From Octopus bimaculoides (Eukaryota): a stretch of DNA of 64,000 nucleotides. The translations under genes and the position numbers were made by a program. The notes beneath the pieces were generated by a model that was not told the origin of the DNA, did no database searches, and saw only the letters and a program-made list of their open reading frames with translations. Of the stretch, positions 26,941-37,790 are shown piece after piece. The stretch is taken from assembly GCF_001194135.2 (NCBI RefSeq), contig NC_068985.1, positions 69,199,134 to 69,263,133 on the forward strand, written 5' to 3'. Positions within the stretch are counted from its first letter, which is position 1. Each line of letters opens with the position of its first letter.

Positions 26941-29500
26941 GGTGCTATAATTTCAGCCATTTTTTCTGGTGGTTAAATAGGAAACATGTACCGTCAGTTT
27001 GTATATTTTATATATTACCCGGTTAAAACAATCGCGTGAAATAGAAATCAAGTACATATTATAGAATACTATATAAAATATCGCTTATCACAAGTAAAAC
27101 AGCGTCAGTTTATGATAACGACAATCATGAAAAATCTTACATTATTCTTACTCAGCAACAAAACTTGATCATGAATAACATTTAACAGCTGCTGAAGGGT
27201 CCCAATGCACAGTGCTACTAGCGTCTATTGCTTTCCTGGGGCAACTACTGAAATGTTGGTCTATATTCATTTTAACGGAACGGTTAAATTATAAGCTAAG
27301 GCTTCGTACAGAATTAAATTTTAATCGCTTTGACTATCGGGTTATATAGATATCACGTTTGAAACTAACTTCTACATCTTCTTGATTTCCAATTTCGTAA
27401 TAATTATACAACCCACTCCACCCTTCCAATCAGCCTACCGAGCACTTAATGATAATTCAACTGGCATTAAACCTTTCATCTTGAACATCTTACACATAAA
27501 TGCACCACTCTATTCCCAAATTTCACTTAATATCATCATGTAGCCTAGAATCAACGACCAAAACGTTGTGTGTAAATATCTGCAGTGAAAATTAAGACAC
27601 TTTCGAAATCCTACACAGCGTTACTGTCTGGAAACGTCATCAGCATCATTTCTAGCGAGCTATATTAAGAATTTAAACATGATGTTGTGTATTTTTAGCA
27701 GCAGCGAAGTACGTGGTAACATCAAACGTAATTTCATTGCTAGAAAGAAGAGACTTTCACTCATGTATCATCTTATTAAGACGTGCGATTTAAATGGAAA
27801 GCGGAACTAGCATTATTGACGTACGTGGCAGAACAAGTTCAAACATTACTCTAGTCTCACATCTTCAGAGCAGAAGTACATGCAATTTCCAGAAACCTCG
27901 ATAGCTGCAACTAAATCATTGATTTACTGAAATATTACAACAATTCCAAATACATACAGGGAACATAACCTTTTAAATTAGACTTCGTTTCACGCGTTAG
28001 TGTTGGACGTGGACGTGCTGTCTTAACTGTCATTCAAAAGTATTCACCAACTACTTACGGTAACTCAATTTACATTTACATTTTCTTGTGAATTCATATT
28101 TGCTATCAATTTTATAAAGTCTAGGGGAGACAATAATTATTAATTACAAGAACCAGTTACAGTGCTTAACACCAACTAATTTAGCGCCTGTATACCACTG
28201 AATATTGTACCTTATTGAATGCAAGAAAGAAGGTATATTTACTTCAGTTTTCTGCATTCAAACAAATGGTGAATAGATTTTTTTCCCACTGTGTTTCTAA
28301 AATGTAAATTTTATATTGAAAATGGGAATATCTTGTAAACCAACAAAATGGGACCTAATGCTTTGAATGTGAAAGTGAAATGCTTCATATCTAATAGTAA
28401 TGATAGATATAATGACAATATATATTTTCACACTGATGAAAATAATGTTTGAGTTATTTTACACAAAAATGTAAGAGGTGAAAACTTTACACGCAAACTA
28501 GGAAGATATAATTGTAAAATTGCTTAGGGATACTGTGCAAAAGGATCTGCACATATTTGAATAACTGCATCATTGGTAATAACACAATGTCTTACTCAAA
28601 GTGGTTGTGTCCAATTACGCAATGCGAATTTACATATATTTAAATATTTACGGAACACTTCAGAGTTAGCGGTCGACTACAGTATATATTTTGTTGCCAG
28701 CTTCTAAGACGTCTGTCTTTCGATGGCCACCTAGCTGATATAAAAAAAAAAAACTTCACTTATTGTTTTAAAAATAGATAAACACTAGGCAATTTTGCCA
28801 TTTCTTTCATTAATGTACCTCGAAAGAAAGTCTATTACTGTAAAATATTTCTTTCACTATCCTTCTAGTCATGCAACTATTGTGTTGGAGGTGGTGACAA
28901 GATTTGTATCTTTTCCATTAATCTCATCCTTCTATATCGCACGATTCATTCACAAGGCATGAGCTAAAGGGTGTGTGTAGATAAACAAATGACTTCTGTA
29001 GGTACAGTAATCTCAAGGGTTATAATCACCTTCCCATTAGTGTAGAAGGGAAAGGTAAATCAAATAGGATTTTTACGTCAATCCGTATATCTGTCGCTTT
29101 TAGATAAATTGCATACTATGAATATTAGATATCGTTCGGCTGAACATTTAGCAAATAGGTGCTTGCAAGTTTTCTCTATGATTTTGTTTTTGTGCTCGTA
29201 CATTAAATACATGGGGAAGTCTTGAAAATTAAGTAGGTTATGTTTGTTTCTATACTTATTTGAAATTCTAATAAGGTGAATATCCAGAGAATTCCGATGT
29301 ATAGAGCCTTGGTGTGTGTTTACCGTCTGCGTTTTAAAGATGTCTAAACCAACAACATTGTATAGACTAAAGCGTATAGAAGGGGAGTTCATGTAAATTA
29401 CATTAGTTACCAATCCTATTGTGAGACTTGTATATTAAGTTTTAATTAAGCTAGTTGTCTTGGAAAGAGTGGAATACATACGTAAACGTTTCTTCGCCAA

Positions 29501-29569
29501 CCGACTAAATTAACATATTCAAACAGAGTAAATTAACATATTCAAACCGAGTAAATTAACATATTCAAA
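29501..29569. repeat. 3 x 23-bp tandem repeat (CMGAGTAAATTAACATATTCAAA)
   Basis: Units at 29501, 29524 and 29547, with 1-2 mismatches and no spacers. Confidence 0.95.
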
Positions 29570-32500
29570 ATCCGTTGCATATACTTAAATAGTTAGGTAA
29601 TGTTTGCTTTTCTTTCCTAATTTGAAAATAACACGAAAAAATAAGTGGAAAACTTGAAGTAGTGGATTTCTTAATAAATTCTAATAGATTTTATAAAGAT
29701 AACAAAAATTAGAACTTTCACAAAAATACTGTTTCATAAAGAAAAAAAAACAAGTAAACAAGATTGTCAAATAAGGGTGAATTCTAAGGAGCTGTGTGAA
29801 GGTTAGAGATATTTGAAAGCTTAATGAGCTGAAAGGTTGTGCAATGTATTCTAGTGTACAGAGATCTGATGTCCGTTCATCTGCATTCGTTCAGTTACCT
29901 AACTCGACATAGTTATAAAGGAAAAAAACTTCATTTCAGTTATCTTCTTTATCGTCTTTGTACTTCGCATATACCAAAGTCATTCAACAGATACATTTCG
30001 CATTATATGTAGCCCATTACTATGAATCGGAACCAAGCAAATAAACATTAGGTAGAGGGGTATATCAGTAAAACCTGGGATTTGTACCTACCGAATTTTC
30101 CCAAGAAAAATAACAAAATAAACAATAGCCCAACAGCAGCTCTCGACTGATAGGAAGAATTTCCAAGCACATAGGCGACAATGCATATCGAAGGATTAGT
30201 TTGTTTTTGTAAGAGCAAACATGATTCACAGCGCTACAGTCTGGCATCAGAAGATATGGTCTTAGAACGACAAGAATTTCTGCACGACACATTAACGTTA
30301 TTCTGCTACATTTTAGCTTTGGAGAATAATGCATGTGATTGGTAAATAAAGCTGCAATCTCGTTTGGTTTGAATGAACCTTCGTGCTGTTTTATCTCCTG
30401 ATAACAAGATGACTCGGTCAGAGGCAACTTAACATCATTGTGTAGATACCTCATATTGTAGTGCAGGAGAAATAACCTTTTGGTATGAAAAATAGAAAAG
30501 CAATATGATGCCTCGGAGAGCGGCTAGCGTGGTGAGAGCAACCTCTAATGATGAAATCACGTCTCTTACTTTGTCTTGTTGATTGAGGAGACCGATTAAA
30601 TGTGTCGTGTGGAGGGGTGCTTGACGCATTATATAGGTCTTTTTAGAAAGTTTTATACCCTGGACTAATCGAGGAACCCTGCAGATCTAAGATTACTGTG
30701 ACCACCAGGCTGTACTCTAGCTTGCAAAAACATATTTAGAATAGCTGTAAATTAACAATTGCAGACATTCAAATAATGCCAACTACTACCGGATATTTTT
30801 TTTTTGCCACTGCTAACGCCATCACAACTAACGTCAGCTTAACTGCATTCGTCACCACCACTACTATCATCACTGTCACAAACATCACCATCAATATTAT
30901 TAACTTCGCAACTCAAATATTATCACCAATAACACGAACTTAACAACAGTTTCCACCACTAACGTCCCTATATCACCAGTATCGGAAAAAAAACATCAGC
31001 ATCTGAATAAACTCCTTGAATTATTATTACCAAAACCATCACCACTAACCGCATAAACATCACAACACAATCCTCATCATTGTAATATTATATTAAACAG
31101 TGATATTAATACTATTACATCATCCCTCTTATCCTCGTCATCTATAAAATCGGCATCAACTTATATCATTATCAGGATAATCGATATCATCATCATAATT
31201 CTTACTACTATAATCAGTGTTTGCTTCTGCTCAGGCTGTTGCTGTTGGAGTCGCTGCCGCTTCTACTGTTGGTGACGCCGACTTTCCTATTTATACTTCT
31301 ACAATTGATGATGATGGTGGTGAAGGTGGTGGTGGTGGTGGTTGTGGTGATGTTCTAGCGGCAAGGGAGTATGTTGATGATGAAGATAAGCTAGAACATT
31401 AACATCACAGTTGCCAACCATATATAATTATGCCTATTGGTTTTATAAACTACCACCGCTATCATTGGTAACCCCTCCCCCGCGGCCAGCACTACTGCAG
31501 TAAAGGCGGACTATTTTGTATCGGAAATTACAAAAACACGAGTTGGTCATCGCGAAAATAATTGAAAATTGGTATGTTTATCTATCGCTGGTCTGGAGAT
31601 GAAAAAAAGAGTTCTACCACCATTCACATCAGACCCACGTATAAAAGTAGCAAATCTACGACGATCAGAGATTCTATCTTCACTTCAACATCCCCCACAA
31701 ACATTTCTAGGATGACCGACTCATTATATGTTTATTAACCTGTTGCTTACTACTATGTATAGATCCCTACATGTTCATCAATACTTTCATCCAGCGTGTC
31801 AACATGTCCTATCTGCAGACTTAGAAAGCATAAATCCCATAAACGCTGTAGTGCCTCCAGCTAGTATTTTCAATGGGAGCTATACTGAATTTTAGTCTCT
31901 AATACGAGCATCGAAAATATTACGTGTCATGATTACTATTATAAACGTCTGAATAATTGCGGAGGGTTGTGAAACGATAATCTGTTGGGCTAGTCAGATC
32001 AGGAGGTTTGAGTTCAAGTCTAACTCACATTAAAAAAAAAAATACTTTTGCTGTTTTGTGGGGAAACATTATATTGATTACTTCTTACTCGAAATTATTG
32101 CACCAGAATGTTTTGGAATTTTATTGCCACATAACAGGAGTTTACTCTTTGGATTTCGTCGAAATCCAGTGTTAAGTAAAGGAAGATTAGCATTTAATAT
32201 AAATAGAATTTCGCTTATACACAACAATCGTTTCTTAGTAGTGAAGATTGTTTGCCAAAATAATATGGCAGTCCTGGTTTAGCAGGAATGAGTCATCTTC
32301 TCCAGCTGGCTATACAATACGATCTGTGTACTTATATTTTCGAAAAACAGAATCTAGCACTCTCACTTAACTCAAAACAATATTTGTAAATCGCGATTTC
32401 CGGGCTATTTCCCTCCATCAGCACAGATAAACTTTTGAGCTGAGTGGGGGAGCTAGATTCCCTTTAAGTGATAGTATGTTGTCATCTTAATGTGACAGTC

Positions 32501-32625
32501 CCATAATAGGGAAAAATGCTACTGTCATTTAGCCCTAGAAAACACTGTTTCCTGTTGGACTTGACACATTACCTGTGTCCTTATGTTTTCAAAGTGAAGA
32601 CGAGCGTCTCCCAGCAACACGAGCA

Positions 32626-32668
32626 TTCAGAGAGTAGTTTCTGAGTAATTGGTCATCATGAGTCTGGA
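32626..32668 (-). ncRNA. decayed minimal hammerhead ribozyme motif, copy 1
   Basis: TCCAGA CTCATGA TGA-ccaattac-TCA GAAAC TA CTC TCTGAA: stem II intact, core and triplet mutated. Confidence 0.5.
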
Positions 32669-32883
32669 GTAGCATGGCTTACTAGCATCCTTCCCTTTTA
32701 TGGAATTGTCACATTAAGCTGACAACATAGTATCATTTTATCATGCTGCTACTGCATAAATCTCTCTGAGAGATTTATAAATATAATATTATTTCTATTT
32801 TCAAAAATGAGTGAATGTATTTAACTTAAAATATATATGTTTCCAACCGCGGATAGGCATCGACAGCTAGCAAGACATACTAC

Positions 32884-32926
32884 TCCAGACTGATGATCAC
32901 CAATGACTCTGAAACTTGTCTCTTGA
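32884..32926 (+). ncRNA. decayed minimal hammerhead ribozyme motif, copy 2
   Basis: TCCAGA CTGATGA TCA-ccaatgac-TCT GAAAC TT GTC TCTTGA: intact CUGAUGA/GAAAC/GUC core, stem II broken. Confidence 0.55.
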
Positions 32927-33250
32927 TGCTAGCTTTGCTAGGGGGTAGGTGCTTGTCTCCACATTGAAAACATAAGGACACAAGAAATGTGTCAAGTCCA
33001 ACAGGAAACGGTGTTTCCTAGGGCTAAATAACAGAAGCATTTTTCCCTTTTATGGGACTGTCACATGAATTTGACAACATACTATCACTTTATCGTGCTG
33101 CTACTGCATAAATCTCTCTGAGAGAATTAGAAATATATTATTTCTACTAGATTCCCTTGTTCTTCGAAAATATAAGGACACAGATCGTGTCATATATCCA
33201 GCAAGCGACAGTGTCTCCTCGGGTTAAATTACAGCAACATTCGTCCTAAA

Positions 33251-33530
33251 CCAGTATACCAATGTTTAGTAAGTACTCAATCGAGCAATAAGGTATATGA
33301 GGGGATCACCCAAAACCATATGAAAGGTAGACTGAATTACCATCTGTATACCTTCAGAAACATAAATAGCAGGAATTCAAATGGTTTGAATAATAATATA
33401 TGTCACCTTAATGATAAGTGTATTAGTTACGAGGTACACTGGAAAATCTTAGCCTCAGCACGTGCATCTGATTTAAGGAATAAGAAATGTTTAGAAAATT
33501 ACTATTTTTAAATCTCACAACGAGAGATAT
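33251..33530 (+). mobile_element. Penelope-like element GIY-YIG endonuclease 3' fragment
   Basis: In frame from 33251: PVYQCLVSTQSSNKVYEGITQNHMKGRLNYHLYTFRNINSRNSNGLNNNICHLNDKCISYEVHWKILASA; typical PLE C-terminus (VY..YIG.T...K.R...H...FR....ST.LS..IW.LK......WKIL). Confidence 0.85.
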
Positions 33531-33536
33531 TCAGCA

Positions 33537-33630
33537 ACAGATGGTAATTCAGTCTACCTTTCATATGGTTTTGGGTGATCCCCTCATATACCTTATTGCT
33601 CGATTGAGTACTTACTAAACATTGGTATAC
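33537..33630 (-). repeat. perfect-looking inverted copy of 33254-33347
   Basis: ACAGATGGTAATTCAGTCTACC...CTAAACATTGGTATAC is the reverse complement of GTATACCAATGTTTAG...GGTAGACTGAATTACCATCTGT. Confidence 0.95.
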
Positions 33631-33765
33631 TATTTCGTTTTTATTGCAATTATTACTAAAGACACGATTGTTTGTATTTATACAATCACAAAGTTTATAC
33701 TGATGTGCGGGGTCTACACTCGTTCGGTTAGTGTGTATATAAGTGATAACATTTGTTGCAATCTG

Positions 33766-33851
<86 letters not shown>

Positions 33852-33868
33852 CATTATTATTATTATTA
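33766..33868. repeat. (ATT)n microsatellite
   Basis: Directly visible; source of the poly-I ORF 33622-33948. Confidence 0.97.
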
Positions 33869-34677
33869 CTAGTGTTGATATCACTGTTGTTATTTTTACT
33901 ATTCTAATAAAAAGTGTAAATTTTTTTTATTATTCACGGAGGAGATAAGAGTGTCCAGGTTATGTGTAAGGCTATAACCTTCTTTTTATTGTTTGACTAT
34001 TAATGATTTCCCAGTATTTACTTTTTTCCTTTTATAAAGTATTAGTTAATTAGTTTAAAGATAATTTTTACTTAGTTGTTTTTGATTTGCATAGCATATG
34101 GTAATATTAGCCACACAGTATCGTTTCCTTGGTTCGCATGATTAGGATTGCTATTCTTTGGTCTATTGTTATTATTTGGGCAATTATTATTATTATTAAT
34201 AATATTGAAGTTATACATATCATTGGTGGTTTCATTCTTCAAATTAGCTATTATATCTACATTATTATTATTAGCATTATACCTATAATTATACCTACAT
34301 TATTATAATGTGATAAATCTAGCTATACATAGCTAACTAATCATATATTGTTACATAGAATTTCCATGCTTATATTTTATTCTTTAGTTATTTATTGACA
34401 TCAGCATAAGTTTAAATACAAAAATGACCTTTCTTACAATATTATTTTCAATCATAATGCACTTTTTCAGTTCCGTTTTAAATTAACCTAGTTAAGGTTA
34501 CCATGATAAGACTGTTTTAGCAGAAATTTATTATGATACCGTTTTGACTGGTATTTAGTAGGTTTCCTTTTCTATGTGTCAAAGTACTGGCACAAAGAAA
34601 CGATCGTCAGTAGTATATGATGTAAATCAAAGATGTGATTATCTTTATTCTTGTTCGTGTTCAAGTTTGTATGTACG

Positions 34678-34712
<35 letters not shown>

Positions 34713-35676
34713 ATATATATGCGTGTATTTCTGTGTGAATATATGCGTATATCTGTGTATGTGTATAAATGTGCACATGCTGATGCACACACGCACATAC
34801 GTACACGTATACATGCATGTGTGTGTATGCGTGTGTATTTGCGTGGATACATAAAGAGAAATAGGCATGGCCACTTGGAGAATTAATTCTGAAGCTATAG
34901 TAGTGAGAGAGAGGTCATGGAATCTGATTATTTGGCCTTCATTCAAATTTTCTACAGACGAACAATGAATAATCTCTCGGTGAAACGTTACGTGTCTGTC
35001 AGTATCCATTAAAAAATCATTTAAAGCTGTAGATTTAGTAGTTAGAGAATGATAATTATGAAGCACAATACAAGGTTACTACAGTTATCGTCAGCGATTC
35101 GTTACGTCACTCGTCTTTCAATTCGCTTGTCTTCGATGATTCTCCCATATAATCAGTAACCAATTATCTCGGCTTTGAATCCTCTTATCCCAAATTTCTG
35201 AGAAACCCGTGATTCGTTCAAATTAGTTATAATGTTTTAGAGCCCAGGGGCAAGTTTATATGCATGGCCGAAATATAAAGAATATGCAGTACTTCAGGTT
35301 TGACTAAGCCATGGTAACAAGAAGAAAAAGCGCATAGAAATAAAATATCGATCATAAGGATGAAAATCGTGATGATGAAGAAGAGGAGAAGATGGGAACG
35401 TAACAGAAAAAGAAAGATGGAGTGGAGGATGAGGAGGACTATGATATCGTTCACGAAAGTGGTGGTGTTGTTGATGTAGGGAAAATCAGTACTAACATGT
35501 GCTTATCGAGCAGTCTTGAATTGTCTTGTCTTGGAATACAATTCAATGTTGTTTATTGATCAGTATGTTCTCTATGGTACATTAGCGAGTATGTGTATGT
35601 ATTTATTTATTATCGTATTCTGCAGGAATATGCACATATAATGATGATGATGATGTTGATAGTAATAATACTGATC

Positions 35677-35880
35677 ATTATTATTATTATTATTGAGTGA
35701 GAGAGCAGGACATGGCATCAAAGTGACACTGGGGTAAAATATACCCATCATGACTACTCGTCTGATAAGGGTACACCAGGAGCATGCATCAAGACCATAT
35801 GTGCGCAGCATAGTGGACTCTTATCAAGATAAACAGCGCCTGACCTTGCAGGTGGGACCCAGTTAGAATTTTATTCATGC
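35677..35880 (-). mobile_element. 5'-truncated copy of the ~500-bp (AAT)n-tailed repeat
   Basis: AAAATTCTAACTGGGTCCCACCTGCAAGG...GTGTCACTTTGATGCCATG..CTCTCTCACTC(AAT)n; same family as 37110-37612 and 63060-63885. Confidence 0.85.
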
Positions 35881-35889
35881 CGAGTATTT

Positions 35890-36545
35890 TACTGGTTTTG
35901 TATTTTAGTCACCAGGTCCTTATATTTACTTAATTTGTCAAATTCCTTTACGAATATATAGGCTGCTTTTTGCAAGACATCAGCCTTACACGGGATTTCT
36001 CGTTGCCTTATGTCTTGAAGTTTCAATGGGATTGAGTCCAACACTCCGATAACCTCTGGTATCACTTTTACATTACCCTCTCTCATTCCATACAGTCTTG
36101 CCATTTCTACTTTCAATTCGTAATACTTGGTGATTTTTTCAACACGTCTGAATATCATAGTCCCAGAGTATTATTAATTTTCCATCCACCTGCATAACTT
36201 TACTTGGTACATGCTCATACTAGTTCTCTGTTACTTCATATTGGTATTTACGGTATAAGAGCCAATAGAGATATACACATACATTATCGTAGCAACGCGT
36301 GTATTCTTTTTGTGCAAGGCTCTCACATCCACTTACCAACTGAGTCACATTTTCCACACTCTTTCCACAGAGTCTGCATTTCTGGGTGTCAGAAGTTTTA
36401 TAGAAATAATACTTCACTGAATTGGTAGCGAGTACCTGGTTTTGTGTAGCAATGATCAGGCTTTCGGTAGTACGCTTGAAATCACCTCAAGCCATGCCTG
36501 CGATGCAGTATCGTCCTTAACGTCTCAATGCACCAATTATGATAG
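35890..36545 (-). mobile_element. Dong/R4-clade LINE CCHC plus REL fragment, fused to a second short Dong piece
   Basis: QKCRLCGKSVENVTQLVSGCESLAQKEY (ORF 36220-36417); EKITKYYELKVEMARLYGMREGNVKVIPEVIGVLDSIP..LQKAA, then KEFDKLSKYKDL (ORF 35889-36158). Confidence 0.9.
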
Positions 36546-36623
36546 GTGCAACTATTACAGATTTCATATTCAAAATTCTTGCAAGTTCAAATTCCAAGAT
36601 ACTGTATGTTTTTTCGTCTGTTG

Positions 36624-36624
<1 letters not shown>

Positions 36625-36670
<46 letters not shown>

Positions 36671-37004
36671 TAGTTTTATTTTTATAACGTGCTTTCACTT
36701 CACTACCGAGCGCAGCTCTGTGCGCCTTGGGTATGTGCTGTGGTTTGCTGTGGTGCTCTTATGTTTACTGTATTGAAAGTGTTTTGCGTAGGATGTGTGC
36801 AGTACCCAGTAGTGCAATTTTCTGTATGTTATATATATTTGTAAGTCCTGCTATTTTTGTTATGTATTTGTCTGAATATTTTTTTATTATACCTAAGGCA
36901 CCTACTATGATAGGAATTGTTTCTGTTTTTAGATTCCACATTCGAGTTATCTCTATTTCCAGGTCTTTGTATTTTGAAAGTTTTTCCATTTCTTTTAGAG
37001 AAAC

Positions 37005-37007
<3 letters not shown>
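36625..37007 (-). mobile_element. short 5'-truncated Dong/R4 LINE with intact 3' end, UTR and (AAT)n tail
   Basis: VSLKEMEKLSKYKDLEIEITRMWNLKTETIPIIVGALGIIKKYSDKYI...IALLGTAHILRKTLSIQ*, ~100-nt UTR, tail at ~36627-36667. Confidence 0.93.
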
Positions 37008-37064
<57 letters not shown>

Positions 37065-37612
37065 GCTGTTGTTGTTGTTGTTGTTGTTATTATTATTATT
37101 ATTATTATTGAGTGAGAGAGAGAGAGCAACGCATGTCATCAAAGTGTCACTGGGGAACTAAGCGCATTATGCCTATAATGACTATTCGTCTGTTAAGTGT
37201 ACATGAGGCATACGCATCACAGCCATATGTGCATGATACGGTGGTCTCATATCAAGATAAACAGCACATGGCCTTACAGGTTGGGCCCAGTTACAATTTT
37301 CTTCAGGTTAAGTAGCCCATCCTGTTGAAAAGGCCCATGAATAGGTGTTGTTTAAGGATGTCGAACAAGACACCCATGTTTCCAGATATGAATTATTCAA
37401 ACCCCAAATAATTGGTCTCAACACATGGCTAGGTGATCAGATAAACGCATATCCTCAGCCACAAGGGGACACGCTCAATTGTTTAGAGTCAAACAGACAA
37501 GCAACTATGTGGTATTGGTTAGAATATTTGCTGTAGCTCATTATTTATACCAAGACGAAACTTGTACATATTTCCAATAGGTTAAGATCAAAATCCATGA
37601 GAGCCAGTGCCT
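37008..37612 (-). mobile_element. ~500-bp non-coding interspersed repeat with (AAT/AAC)n tail (SINE or LINE 3'UTR)
   Basis: Alignable to 63386-63885 in the opposite orientation; tail at 37008-37109. Confidence 0.85.
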
Positions 37613-37688
37613 AATTATTATTATTATTGGTGTTGTTGCTGCTGCTGTTATAGTTGTTGTTGTTGTTGTTCCTGTTGATGCTGTTGTC

Positions 37689-37689
37689 G

Positions 37690-37746
<57 letters not shown>

Positions 37747-37790
37747 ACATCATCATCATCATCATCATCATCAACATCATCATCATCATC
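37689..37790. repeat. (CAT)n microsatellite
   Basis: Directly visible. Confidence 0.95.

Larger units (their letters stand above)
32468..33088. repeat. ~220-bp inverted repeat (arms 32468-32686 and 32866-33088)
   Basis: Reverse complement of the left arm aligns end to end with the right arm (e.g. TTGAAAACATAAGGACACA, ATGTGTCAAGTCCAACAGGAAAC, GACAACATACTATCAC); roughly 80% identity by eye. Confidence 0.92.

Noticed and set aside
27560-27930. Possible CR1-like RT on the - strand (INDLVAAI..YFCSEDVRL)
   Set aside because: Too degraded to support without a profile search.
29501-29569. CRISPR-like repeat
   Set aside because: No spacers, no cas genes, eukaryotic context.
30065-30629. 129-aa and 64-aa ORFs as a host gene
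   Set aside because: No recognisable domain; faint resemblance (YLHNDVKL ~ YADDVKL) suggests a very old LINE remnant, too weak to call.
31217-31402. Gly/Asp-rich 61-aa ORF
   Set aside because: Derived from degenerate GGT/GAT simple repeats.
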